DNA of 32,000 nucleotides from Thermoproteus tenax Kra 1 (GTDB lineage Archaea; Thermoproteota; Thermoprotei; Thermoproteales; Thermoproteaceae). Made by a program: the position numbers and the translations under genes. Under the pieces are notes generated by a model that made no database searches, was not told the origin of the DNA, and was given only the letters and a program-made list of their open reading frames with translations. The stretch is from assembly GCF_000253055.1 (NCBI RefSeq), contig NC_016070.1, forward strand, positions 1,140,001 through 1,172,000. Direction: 5' to 3'. Below, piece after piece: positions 15,888 through 24,725 of the stretch (position 1 is its first letter; every line of letters starts with the position of its first letter).

Positions 15888-16976
15888 CTACCTCAATCTA
15901 GCCGCCGAAAGTGCGCCGGGCTTCTCCCTGCCCAGAGCCAGATCGGCCGCCTTCTTCCCCAACGCTGGAGCGAAGGTCCAGCCGAGTCTACACGCGCCGG
16001 TGGCCACCACCACTCCGCCCAGCACATCCACGATGGGGAACCCGTCGGGCGTGCAGGGCCTATATCCTACAGCCATATCTATAACGTCGAAAGAGCCGAG
16101 CCACCCCCTCGCTGCATTAAGCACCTTCTCCGCCGGCTTGTGGTCCTCAGTTCCGTCTAGGTCGAAGCGCCCTGTGATCTTCGTCCAACGGCTCAGCGGC
16201 ACTACAAAGATCCCCAGAGCCCAGTTGGCCACCGTCGCGGACGCTTTCGCGTTAGTCCTAAAGCCGTACCCTTTAAGTGGGGCCACGGGCAGCCCCAGCT
16301 TCCTCGCCCACCACCCCGCCGCGACTACGACTACGTCTCCCTCCACCTTTCCGCCGCCCTCGAGCCGCACCTCCCTGCCTGCGACTTCTACAGCTCTGGC
16401 CTCAACGAACTTTGCGTCGGCCAACTCTCTGGTCATACGATCGGCGAGCAGCTCAGTGGCTATCTTCGCTGCGTCCAAATAGAGCAGAGCCCTCTGGCCC
16501 ATGCACTGCCCTTCCTCAAGCCTAGGCCCCAGCGGATCCCTCTTGGCCTCCTCGATCTCCCTCTCTACGTCTACGCCTAGCTCGCAGAGGGGCTCCTCCG
16601 AGTAGTCAAAGTCGTTTTTCTCCTCGGCCAACCTGCGGTATTCGCGGCGCGAGAACTCGCCCATCCTCCTCAGCTCCTCCCAAATCTCGCTGGGGGGCTC
16701 TCTTCCGTAGTTTTTAACGTAGGCGATCAACCACTTCCAGTCCCAAGTCTTAATTCTGGCCTTTCCCTGGCGCAACATTTTGAGGTAGGTGCCGGCGTAT
16801 CCCTTTACGTTTATCCGGTTTATCTTGTATCTGTTGAACTCCAACACTCCCGCAGCCGCCTTAGACCACTGCGCCGGCTTGCCCTGCTCCACTATCGTCA
16901 CTTTAACTCCCTCTCTGGCCAGATAATACGCCGTGAAAAGCCCCGTTATTCCCCCGCCTACTACTACGGCGTTCAC
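15888..16976 (-). CDS. FAD-dependent oxidoreductase, DAO family (glycine/D-amino-acid/sarcosine oxidase-like)
   Basis: The N-terminal VVVGGGITGLFTAYYLAREGVKVTIVEQG is an FAD Rossmann fold. The GTG start overlaps the malate synthase stop (GTGA at 16973-16976). Confidence 0.85.
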   Translation of the reverse strand: MNAVVVGGGITGLFTAYYLAREGVKVTIVEQGKPAQWSKAAAGVLEFNRYKINRINVKGYAGTYLKMLRQGKARIKTWDWKWLIAYVKNYGREPPSEIWEELRRMGEFSRREYRRLAEEKNDFDYSEEPLCELGVDVEREIEEAKRDPLGPRLEEGQCMGQRALLYLDAAKIATELLADRMTRELADAKFVEARAVEVAGREVRLEGGGKVEGDVVVVAAGWWARKLGLPVAPLKGYGFRTNAKASATVANWALGIFVVPLSRWTKITGRFDLDGTEDHKPAEKVLNAARGWLGSFDVIDMAVGYRPCTPDGFPIVDVLGGVVVATGACRLGWTFAPALGKKAADLALGREKPGALSAARLR

Positions 16977-19420
16977 GGCCTTATGTCGTATACGTAGTCG
17001 TATAGCTCAAGGACGTACGGCTTCAGCCTGCCCTCTTTCACAAGCCTCTCAACTTCCTCCCTCGGGGAGAACATTGCTTGTAGCACGGCGCCCCTCTCCT
17101 CGTCCGGCAGAGGCGCCAGCGCCATGATGAGGCGGCCGCTGTGTTGCAAATACATCGGAGAGGTCAGCTTTGCCCTCAGAATGTCCATAATGACGGGGGC
17201 GAACGATCTGTCGAATCTGGGCTGGTTCTCCACCACGGCCCTCTCCAGATCCTCCGCCTTGATCGACTCAGAGATCCTCTTGGCAGTCTCGGCGGGAGAC
17301 TGGAATCTGAACGGCCCAGCCTTGTAGGCCTCGCGCAACGCGCCTTTGACGCTCTCCGTAAATCGCAGCAGTATCCTCTCGGCCGATATTCTGTCCAAAT
17401 CGTCGTAGAAGGCGTAGGTCCACTCCATGTGTAGATCCCAGAGCTTTTCGAAGAGCTCCTCGGTGAACTGGGCACCGGCGGGAACTCTGACTCTGTCCTC
17501 GGCCGGTATTACGCCGAGGTGCGTCCTGGCCGGCCCCTTCAGTGCGCCGTCCTTAGTTATACGCGCCTTGTGTCTCAAGAGAGTCCAGAGCCATGTGGAG
17601 AAGATGCGGTACGTCGCTAGGTCGTTCATAAACCTCTGGCCCAGCTCGTAGTCGTCTATGGCCGCCGCCAGATTGCCGTTAAGAAGCTGGAAGCCGTAGT
17701 TGGCCGCCATATAGAAGGCGTGTTGTATGTGCTCGATCGTTATATCGCCCTTGGGGGGCTCGTAGAGGGCGGACCAGAGGTCCCTCCCTCCCCACAGCTC
17801 CCGGTTGTTGAAGAGCTTCTCCGGGCTGTCCAACATGTCCGGGCGTATCACCCACGGCGTGATGTTGCCGTTTTCGTCTATAAGCCCGAGCCTCTGGAAG
17901 AGCTGCCTCTCTTGTTCCGTCAGACCGCTGTCGACAGCCGGGATTTTAACGCCGTCGACCTCCACGAACTTCACAGGCCTGTTTATCATCGCCTGTAGCT
18001 CCTCCAGGCTGGCCTTCAACGGCTCGTTGCCGGCCTTCACATAGGACTCCTCGGGCGTCGCTACCCAGCTCTGTCTGAACAAGTCGTAGAGCCTGCCTCT
18101 GACCCTCCCCTTGAGCACATCGTCGAGAGTCACCTTGCCCACGGCATCCTCTGTGACGAAGACCAGGCCTATGAGGCGCTCTCTAAGCTTGTCCAGCCAT
18201 ATGGCCCTCAGAGCCCTCGCGTTGTATCTGTTGCGTTGATAGGGGTCGTCCTGTCTGTACAACATCACTGCGGCCATTCCGCCCACAGGTCCGGCGTTGA
18301 GCTTCCCTTCTCTGTCCAAACCCGCCATTAGGCAGAGGAGCGCGTTGTACTTCTGGTAGGCCATCATAATGGGGTGGGTCATCGTGATGTTCTGGGGATC
18401 TGGGTACACCGCCTCGTCCTTCCACATCTCTATCAGGGAGCCCAAGTAGTCCCACCGGCCGTTGTTGCTTTTGACGAGCCTCTCCCTCCATATCCAGAAG
18501 ATCACGGGGAGGTAGAGCCCCGCTCTGGCCTCCTCGTACAACATGGCCAGCTTTATCTCGCCCCTCCTCAGCCCCAGCTCGTCCTCGACGCGCCTCAAGA
18601 TCTTCTCTATGACCAACGCCTCTTCGGGCGTCTGCGTCTTCGGGACGTAGAAGTAGACGCCAGAGCCGGCCCTCTTCAGCGCTTCGTAGTTGTTCACTGT
18701 GTATATCACTATGGATGTGATTATGGCGGGGGCGGGCCTCCCGTCGACTCTGATGTCGAAGTCCAGAATGTGGAGCCCGGGCACTCTGTGGATGAGAGTC
18801 GGCCACTTGGACCTCTCCTTCTTTAGATAGTACGTCTTGCCTCCCTCAACGTAGGGCGTCGGTATATCTCCCTCCAACACCCTCTTCACTATCCTCCTGG
18901 CCTCCCACACAGCCGCGACAGTTCTGCCGGATCCCCGCGGGATGAACCAGGCGGGGCTCGCGTCCTCCTCGTCCTCCATCATGGAGACGACGTCGGCGTT
19001 TATCTGGTGGATCGCTCTGCTCATGGGGTGCCAAGGCCCCGTGATCTCGAGCCCCGGGTTCTTGAGCGGGTGTAGATCGTCGGGCACAGGCGTGTTCCAG
19101 TTGAGGCCCCACCTCAACGGCGTGTCCCGGCCCAAGAAGTTGTCGATCAAGCCCTGCACGATCTCTCTGAAGGTTCTTACGTTTCCGTCGGCGTCGACGA
19201 ACCTCTGGTCCCACTGGGGGAACGCCGCCTTCTCCCGCACAGGCCTTCTATCGTTGAGCCACTCCCTCCTCGCCCTAACTGCCTTGTCTATCTCGGCGCG
19301 GAGCTCCCTCGTCAAACGCTCTATCAACTCCTCTACTACAACTCTCCGCCCATTTACAGTTTTCTCGCCGAACAATTCAGGGAATTTTTTTAATACTTCC
19401 TTATTTATTTCAATTACCAT
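16973..19420 (-). CDS. aceB: Malate synthase (large crenarchaeal type, 815 aa)
   Basis: LEITGP...MEDEEDASPAW (cf. the TGP...DFEDS.sP.W block), NNGRWDYLGSLIE (cf. the catalytic-Arg block CGRWDYIFS), and GGMAAVM (cf. GGMAA). Confidence 0.88.
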   Translation of the reverse strand: MVIEINKEVLKKFPELFGEKTVNGRRVVVEELIERLTRELRAEIDKAVRARREWLNDRRPVREKAAFPQWDQRFVDADGNVRTFREIVQGLIDNFLGRDTPLRWGLNWNTPVPDDLHPLKNPGLEITGPWHPMSRAIHQINADVVSMMEDEEDASPAWFIPRGSGRTVAAVWEARRIVKRVLEGDIPTPYVEGGKTYYLKKERSKWPTLIHRVPGLHILDFDIRVDGRPAPAIITSIVIYTVNNYEALKRAGSGVYFYVPKTQTPEEALVIEKILRRVEDELGLRRGEIKLAMLYEEARAGLYLPVIFWIWRERLVKSNNGRWDYLGSLIEMWKDEAVYPDPQNITMTHPIMMAYQKYNALLCLMAGLDREGKLNAGPVGGMAAVMLYRQDDPYQRNRYNARALRAIWLDKLRERLIGLVFVTEDAVGKVTLDDVLKGRVRGRLYDLFRQSWVATPEESYVKAGNEPLKASLEELQAMINRPVKFVEVDGVKIPAVDSGLTEQERQLFQRLGLIDENGNITPWVIRPDMLDSPEKLFNNRELWGGRDLWSALYEPPKGDITIEHIQHAFYMAANYGFQLLNGNLAAAIDDYELGQRFMNDLATYRIFSTWLWTLLRHKARITKDGALKGPARTHLGVIPAEDRVRVPAGAQFTEELFEKLWDLHMEWTYAFYDDLDRISAERILLRFTESVKGALREAYKAGPFRFQSPAETAKRISESIKAEDLERAVVENQPRFDRSFAPVIMDILRAKLTSPMYLQHSGRLIMALAPLPDEERGAVLQAMFSPREEVERLVKEGRLKPYVLELYDYVYDIRP

Positions 19421-19435
19421 AATAGAAATATAGTA

Positions 19436-19447
19436 CTTATTTTTAAA
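19436..19447 (-). promoter_or_regulatory. TATA-like box for malate synthase inside the 30-nt gap after the glcD-like gene
   Basis: The minus strand reads TTTAAAAATAAG, about 21 nt upstream of ATG 19420. The whole 19421-19450 gap is A/T-rich. Confidence 0.45.
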
Positions 19448-19450
19448 TTT

Positions 19451-20833
19451 TTAGTCTATTATTTTGCCGGGGTTGAATATGCCGTATGGGTCAAAGATAC
19501 GCTTTATCTCCTTAAATAGTCTGAGCACGGCCTGCGAGTTCCTCATCTCGTACGTCTTTTTCAAGAGCTCCTTCTTGTGGAGCCCTATGCCGTGCTCGGC
19601 GCTCACAGTGCCTCCGTACTTCAGCGCAATCTCGCCGAACCTCTCGTAGAGCTCCGTGGCCCTCCTCTTCTGGGCCTCGTCGGATCTGTTGAACCACAAC
19701 ACTGGGTGTATGTTGCCGTCGCCTACGTGTCCGCCGAATATTGTCGGCACGCCGTAGCTCTTGGCGATCGTCTTCATGTCCTCCAACGCCTCGGGCAGTC
19801 TGGAGAACGGCACAGCCACGTCGCCCATGAGTATTATGGCGCTTCCGCCGTACTGCTCAACGGCCTTCTTCACAGGCGCTGGGTACAACAGGCGGCGGGG
19901 CCCCAACAGTTTGAAGAACGTGTTCCAGTCCCTCGCCTCGGCGTTCACCCTCCCGCCCGTCTTGTCTACGATGTCCTTAAGCCGCGACAAGAGGGCGTCC
20001 TCCGACCCAACCGTGGCGTCGACGCCCAGCCAAAGCGTGTACTTCCTCTCAAGGCCGACGAACTCGGAGCCCTCGTCGTCCATAAACTCTGCCACTAAAA
20101 GCCACAGCCTTCTCCTCCTGCTCTCGACGACTGCCTTAGCCAGCGATGCGGCGTCCTCAAACTGGGCGACCACTCCGGCGAAGGACTCGGGCAGAGGCGC
20201 CAGCCTCACTGTGGCCTCAGTTATCACGCCCAGAGTCCCCTCGCTGCCCACAAAAAGATGCAGAAGGTCGTAGCCCTCCCTACACTTGAGAGTGCGGCAT
20301 CCAACTCTTATTACCTCGCCGGTGCCTATCACCGCCTGTAGCCCCAAGACCCAGTGGGAGGCGGGGCCGTATTTGGCCCCCCTCATGCCGCCGCCACCGT
20401 TGATTATAGAGCCGCCCACGGAGGCGGTTTTAGATGAGGCTGGGTCCACCGGCCACTGTAGGCCGTAGCGCATTAGCTCCAAGTTGAACTCGTCGATTTT
20501 GATCCCAGGCTGGACTGTGGCCAGCCAGTCGACCTCAGATACCTCCAAGATCTTGTTCATCTTCTCTGAGGAGAGCACAATGGTCCTCTGCGCGATAGTT
20601 GCGGCGTTGCCCGAGAGGGAGCTGGAGTGGAAGACCGGCGTTATGTACAGCTTGTGGTCTATGGCGTATCTAACGACTTGGACGACGTCCTCCACAGACT
20701 CCGCGTAGACTACTGCGAGCGGGAGCTCGTACTCCAGGGAGGCGGGATCTCTGGCATATATGCGCAGTATGTCGGCGTCAACCACCACTTTGTCCTCGCC
20801 CAAGCTCTTCCTCAGATCGCCGACGACGCTCAT
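19451..20833 (-). CDS. glcD: FAD-linked oxidase, GlcD-like (glycolate oxidase / D-lactate dehydrogenase subunit)
   Basis: 460 aa with a PCMH-type FAD-binding domain pattern (P.S.E.V..VV......L.ITP....SSLSGNA; GGSI..GGGG.R..KYG). C-terminal GGTVSAEHGIGL.K. The ATG overlaps the upstream stop (ATGA at 20830-20833). Confidence 0.85.
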   Translation of the reverse strand: MSVVGDLRKSLGEDKVVVDADILRIYARDPASLEYELPLAVVYAESVEDVVQVVRYAIDHKLYITPVFHSSSLSGNAATIAQRTIVLSSEKMNKILEVSEVDWLATVQPGIKIDEFNLELMRYGLQWPVDPASSKTASVGGSIINGGGGMRGAKYGPASHWVLGLQAVIGTGEVIRVGCRTLKCREGYDLLHLFVGSEGTLGVITEATVRLAPLPESFAGVVAQFEDAASLAKAVVESRRRRLWLLVAEFMDDEGSEFVGLERKYTLWLGVDATVGSEDALLSRLKDIVDKTGGRVNAEARDWNTFFKLLGPRRLLYPAPVKKAVEQYGGSAIILMGDVAVPFSRLPEALEDMKTIAKSYGVPTIFGGHVGDGNIHPVLWFNRSDEAQKRRATELYERFGEIALKYGGTVSAEHGIGLHKKELLKKTYEMRNSQAVLRLFKEIKRIFDPYGIFNPGKIID

Positions 20834-21120
20834 ACCCTCCCTCTGCCTAGGCTCTGTCCGATGATGTACGCCTTGAACGCGCGGATGACCTCCGTTATCT
20901 TAATGCCGGCGGGGCACTGTGGATCGCACGCCCCACATGAGAGACACGTCATGATCCCTCTGTAGGCCTCGTCTGAGATCTTTCCGTCGAAGTTCCTTAT
21001 TATATTTATCCTGCCGCGGGGCCCGAAGTGCATCATTCTGAGCGTCCTATACGTTGGACAGGCGAACTCACAGAAGCCGCAGAACTGGCATTTTGAGGCC
21101 TCGGCCAAGAGCTCCTTCAT
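20830..21120 (-). CDS. Small 2x[4Fe-4S] ferredoxin-like subunit (equivalent to the GlcF N-terminal half)
   Basis: I prefer ATG 21120 (MKELLAEASKCQFCGFCEFACP...). Two CxxCxxCxxxCP motifs: CQFCGFCEFACP and CLSCGACDPQCP. ATGA overlaps at both ends. Confidence 0.8.
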   Translation of the reverse strand: MKELLAEASKCQFCGFCEFACPTYRTLRMMHFGPRGRINIIRNFDGKISDEAYRGIMTCLSCGACDPQCPAGIKITEVIRAFKAYIIGQSLGRGRV

Positions 21121-22037
21121 ACCACCACCTCGGCCAAATAGTACAGCTCCAGGCCGCCGCCCGAGGCTCTCTTCAGATTCACGTAGCATATGGGGCACTG
21201 GACCACCACCCGCCTCGATAGGCGGGACAGCTCCCTCGCCCTCGCCTCCGCCACCTTGCGGGAGACCTCAGGGAAGAGGGACTCCACAGGTCCTCCGCAA
21301 CACTGGGATGTGTCCCTCGCCGTCGCAAAGGGGTCCTCAACGGGCTCCCCCGCCGCCAGCAGCCTCCTCACTGTGTCGTATCTTCCGAGAAATCTGGCGT
21401 AGAGACAAGAGTCGTGGATTGTGAAGCCCTTCAGAGCAACTCCGCCGGGCTTTATGAGGTCGAGGTAGCTGACGACCTCTATATCGAACCCCTCAACGTA
21501 CTTGGGGTAGACCTTCTCGAGGACGTAGTGGGTGTGCGGATCCACAGTGATTATCCTCTTGACTCCGCGCTCCCGGAAGAACTGGGCCGCCCTCCTCGCA
21601 TATGCGGCGAAGTCGTCTAGGAGGCCGGCCTCGTAGAGCAGGGCGCCCGAGTATATCTCTCTGTCGAGCAGCCCGAACTCGACGCCGCTCTTCTTCAGTA
21701 AGGCGTAGATCTTCCTCAGCACCTGGTCGGCCCTCTCTAACTCCGCTTTGTCCGGCCTCAACAGAGCCCCGCCTAGAGTCTTCGCTGCGAGCGCCGCTAG
21801 GGAGCTCCTCAGCCCGCCCCTAGTAGCGCCGTATTTCTCGAGATTGTCCACCGCCCTTTCTATCACCGGCGCTAGATGGTACATACAAGAGGTGTAGAGC
21901 ACGGTGGAGGTGCGCGCGCTCTCAAGCCCTCTCTTCCAACTCTCGCAGAGCCCCTCATCGATGGGGAATGGAAGCCAAGACTTGTCTAGAGAGTCAACGA
22001 GGATGTCGCGGAGCTTAGATATCCACTCAGTGCTCAC
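21117..22037 (-). CDS. CCG-domain Fe-S oxidoreductase subunit (GlcF C-terminal half / LutA / HdrD-like)
   Basis: 306 aa. One clear cysteine-rich CCG domain (HDSCLYARF...SQCCGGP...QCPICYVNL) and one degenerate copy (YTSCMYHL...). Confidence 0.8.
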   Translation of the reverse strand: MSTEWISKLRDILVDSLDKSWLPFPIDEGLCESWKRGLESARTSTVLYTSCMYHLAPVIERAVDNLEKYGATRGGLRSSLAALAAKTLGGALLRPDKAELERADQVLRKIYALLKKSGVEFGLLDREIYSGALLYEAGLLDDFAAYARRAAQFFRERGVKRIITVDPHTHYVLEKVYPKYVEGFDIEVVSYLDLIKPGGVALKGFTIHDSCLYARFLGRYDTVRRLLAAGEPVEDPFATARDTSQCCGGPVESLFPEVSRKVAEARARELSRLSRRVVVQCPICYVNLKRASGGGLELYYLAEVVV

Positions 22038-22303
22038 TGCAGATTTGTTTTAAAGTACTTAATAAATTCCACATATTAATTAATATTCATGAATATAAAT
22101 ATCTTTTTCCAGCATAATGTATAAGTTTATCGATAATTTTTTAATGTATAATAAATAATTATGATGTAAATTAAAGTAAAATATATTCATATTTTGTAAT
22201 CTATTCATAAAGATATAAAAAAGAGTCCTTATATATATCTAAAATAATAACGTTTCTTATATTTAAATACAAAATTTAAATTTATATATAAATTTAGTTT
22301 TTT
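22038..22303. promoter_or_regulatory. Extremely AT-rich divergent control region between the glc-like operon and the permease gene
   Basis: By hand count, 39 G+C in 266 nt (about 15%). Contains perfect palindromes ATATTCATGAATAT (22083-22096) and AAATTTATATATAAATTT (22278-22295). Confidence 0.6.
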
Positions 22304-23890
22304 ATGGTATACACACAACCTGTGTACTTCTGGGGTAATCCGATGTTGACTATTATTATAGATATAACTCCAATTCTAGTTCTTTTTATACTGTTGGCGG
22401 GGTTGAAACAAACGGCGTGGAAGGCAGTTTTGATATCCTCTGTTCTCACGTTTCTGTTGGCAGTTCTGGTGGGCGCGCCCCTAGATCAAACCGGATATGT
22501 GTGGCTTATGGGCGCTTTATTCGGTTTTTGGTATATCTCGTGGTTGATCTTTTGGGGCATAACTTGGTTTAACACTTGGCGTCTCGCAGGATATTTTGAC
22601 GCATTTACCTCATGGCTGTTAAGGAATATTGTTAACGATATCAGAGTACTCTCTATCGCCCTTGCGTGGTCTCTTGGGTCGTTGATAGAGGGTCTAATGG
22701 GGTTTGGCACTCCCTGGGCTTATGTAGTCCCCATACTGGTCTCGTTGGGGTTGCCAAGTCTCAGAGCGATAACTCTGGTCGCTGTGGCCGACACCGCGCC
22801 CGTTTCATATGGCGCATTCGGAATACCCATAATAACTCTAGCTGGAGTCACGGGGCTCCCTCTGATGTTTATGTCCTCAGTGTCGGCACATATAGTTGCT
22901 GTATTGGCCTTCCTTATCACATTTATACTGCTGTATATAATAGATGGCTGGAGGGGCATTAGGGAGGTATGGCCAATTGGGCTTGTTGGAGCCACCGGCT
23001 ACGTCATCGGACAATACACGACCGCTGTGTACATGGGGCCCTATCTTCCGGACGTAATAGGCTCTATTCTCTCCTTTATCTTTATAATACTATTTTCAAA
23101 GGTATGGAAACCGAGAAATATTATTAAACCTACAACTATTAAAATCAACAATATTCAAGATAAAGGTGTAGTCTTAAGGGCTTGGATCTCCCTAGCGATG
23201 TTTGTGGCCATATTGGGGCTTTGGAACTCACCTATATCTCCCATGAAGCTCAACCTAGTTACATTTTCTGTGTCCGCATACTCAGAGGTGTTGAAGAAGA
23301 GCGTCTCCATATCCTATGTGTTCAACCTCCTCGCCACCGGTACATCCGCATTGGTGGCATGGCTCCTTACTATTCCGATTATGGGCGCCAGTAGAGAGGT
23401 TGTGGTCAAAGCTCTGAAAACGACGGTCTCACAGACATGGGGCGCCGTGTTGACGGGCGTATTCGCGCTGAGTCTAGGATTTGTATTCAACTTCAGCGGG
23501 ATGGCGTACAGCCTTGCCTATCTGACCTCCGGCCTCGGCATATTATTTGTCCTTATATCTCCATTTCTAGGGTGGCTCGGAGCTGCGTTGACTGGAAGCA
23601 ACACTTCGTCGAATGCGTTATTTGGGCCGTTCCAAGCGGCCATGGGGACTCTGCTCGGAATCCCCCAGGGCTTCTTCCCAGGGTTGCAGACCGTCGGCGC
23701 TGAATTAGGCAAGCCGGTGGCTCCGCAGACAGTCTCTGCTGGCTTATCCACTACAGAATATGTCAGAAAAGAGGGCGTGGTGATCAGAAACAACCTGAGA
23801 TATTCTATAGGGTTGGTGTTCCTCCTGCTATTGGTAGGTATACTTTATCTGATTCTATATCCCTATCCATTTATATTGCACGGCAAATAA
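22304..23890 (+). CDS. lctP: L-lactate/glycolate permease (LctP family)
   Basis: 528 aa, about 12+ TM spans, with N-terminal and overall pattern typical of LctP/GlcA. An alternative start is ATG 22343 (MLTIIIDI...). G+C is visibly lower than in the neighbours. Confidence 0.88.
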   Translation: MVYTQPVYFWGNPMLTIIIDITPILVLFILLAGLKQTAWKAVLISSVLTFLLAVLVGAPLDQTGYVWLMGALFGFWYISWLIFWGITWFNTWRLAGYFDAFTSWLLRNIVNDIRVLSIALAWSLGSLIEGLMGFGTPWAYVVPILVSLGLPSLRAITLVAVADTAPVSYGAFGIPIITLAGVTGLPLMFMSSVSAHIVAVLAFLITFILLYIIDGWRGIREVWPIGLVGATGYVIGQYTTAVYMGPYLPDVIGSILSFIFIILFSKVWKPRNIIKPTTIKINNIQDKGVVLRAWISLAMFVAILGLWNSPISPMKLNLVTFSVSAYSEVLKKSVSISYVFNLLATGTSALVAWLLTIPIMGASREVVVKALKTTVSQTWGAVLTGVFALSLGFVFNFSGMAYSLAYLTSGLGILFVLISPFLGWLGAALTGSNTSSNALFGPFQAAMGTLLGIPQGFFPGLQTVGAELGKPVAPQTVSAGLSTTEYVRKEGVVIRNNLRYSIGLVFLLLLVGILYLILYPYPFILHGK

Positions 23891-24036
23891 CTTCGCTTTT
23901 TCCTAAGGCTTGTTGTGGGCAGGAGACAAGCTGCAGAGCGCGATACACTGCGGCGTATGCCGTGATGTCGTAGGCTCTCGGAGTGGCGCAGGTAGATCCG
24001 GGGGGACAATTACCGGGGCCCGCTACGGCGGACGCC

Positions 24037-24447
24037 TCAGCCGCCGAAGAGCCTCATGTGGGTCTCCATCATGCACATGTTCTCGACCACTACTATGCCC
24101 TCGCGCTCAAGTCTGCGTTTTACCTCCTCTGGCGCCGTGATGCCCAACTGTAGCCAAAGGACCTTCACGTCGCCCCTCGTCCTCTTTCTAGCCAAGACTT
24201 CCTCCGCTATCCTCGGCACCTCCTCTGTGGGTCTAAAGACTTGCACTATGTCTATATCCTCGGGGATGTCGAGCAGGGTGGGGTAGGCCCTCTCTCCCAA
24301 GACCTCAGACGCCGTTGGGTTCACTGGGACTACCCTGTAGCCCTTCTCCTTCAAATACCTAGGGACTATATGTGCCCATTTAGAGGGATCTCTCGAAGCT
24401 CCTACCACAGCGATCTTTTTGTACTTCAAGATTTCCTTCAGATCCAT
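24037..24447 (-). CDS. CoA-binding domain protein (YccU/YneT-like)
   Basis: KKIAVVGASRDPSKWAHIVPRYLKEKGYRVVPVNP is the classic CoA_binding_2 N-terminus. An AT box lies about 20-35 nt upstream. Confidence 0.85.
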   Translation of the reverse strand: MDLKEILKYKKIAVVGASRDPSKWAHIVPRYLKEKGYRVVPVNPTASEVLGERAYPTLLDIPEDIDIVQVFRPTEEVPRIAEEVLARKRTRGDVKVLWLQLGITAPEEVKRRLEREGIVVVENMCMMETHMRLFGG

Positions 24448-24554
24448 ATTGATTCCGATTTAGACTAAAAAAGAAATAATTTGCCGGCCTCAAGCGGACC
24501 TGCGCCGGGGCGCCCGCAGAGGCTCCTCACGGGCTCGATCGTATCGGGTCGCCG

Positions 24555-24725
24555 TCACTGCAGCTCGATCACATGCTGTGAAGCTTTGAAGCCAACCCTC
24601 TTGTGTGTTCCGTCGCAGAAGGGCTTGTTGTTCGATCCTCCGCATCTACACAAGGCGTATCGGACTCTGCCGTCCACCTCCACTAGGTACGGGCCGTTCT
24701 CGCTCGCGATGATCTTAATCTGCAT
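24555..24725 (-). CDS. CDGSH-type [2Fe-2S] iron-sulfur domain protein (56 aa)
   Basis: I prefer ATG 24725 (MQIKIIASENGPYLVEV...). CRCGGSNNKPFCDGTH fits C-x-C-x2-S-x3-P-x-C-D-G-[SAT]-H exactly. Overlaps the upstream NifX-like gene by 11 nt. Confidence 0.8.
   Translation of the reverse strand: MQIKIIASENGPYLVEVDGRVRYALCRCGGSNNKPFCDGTHKRVGFKASQHVIELQ

Noticed and set aside
22038-22303. AT-rich stretch as a replication origin (DUE plus ORB elements).
   Set aside because: I saw no ORB/mini-ORB-like repeats (TCCAGTGGAAA-type with G-string) in or flanking the region, and there is no orc1/cdc6 gene nearby. The simpler explanation is a divergent promoter or a foreign-DNA spacer.
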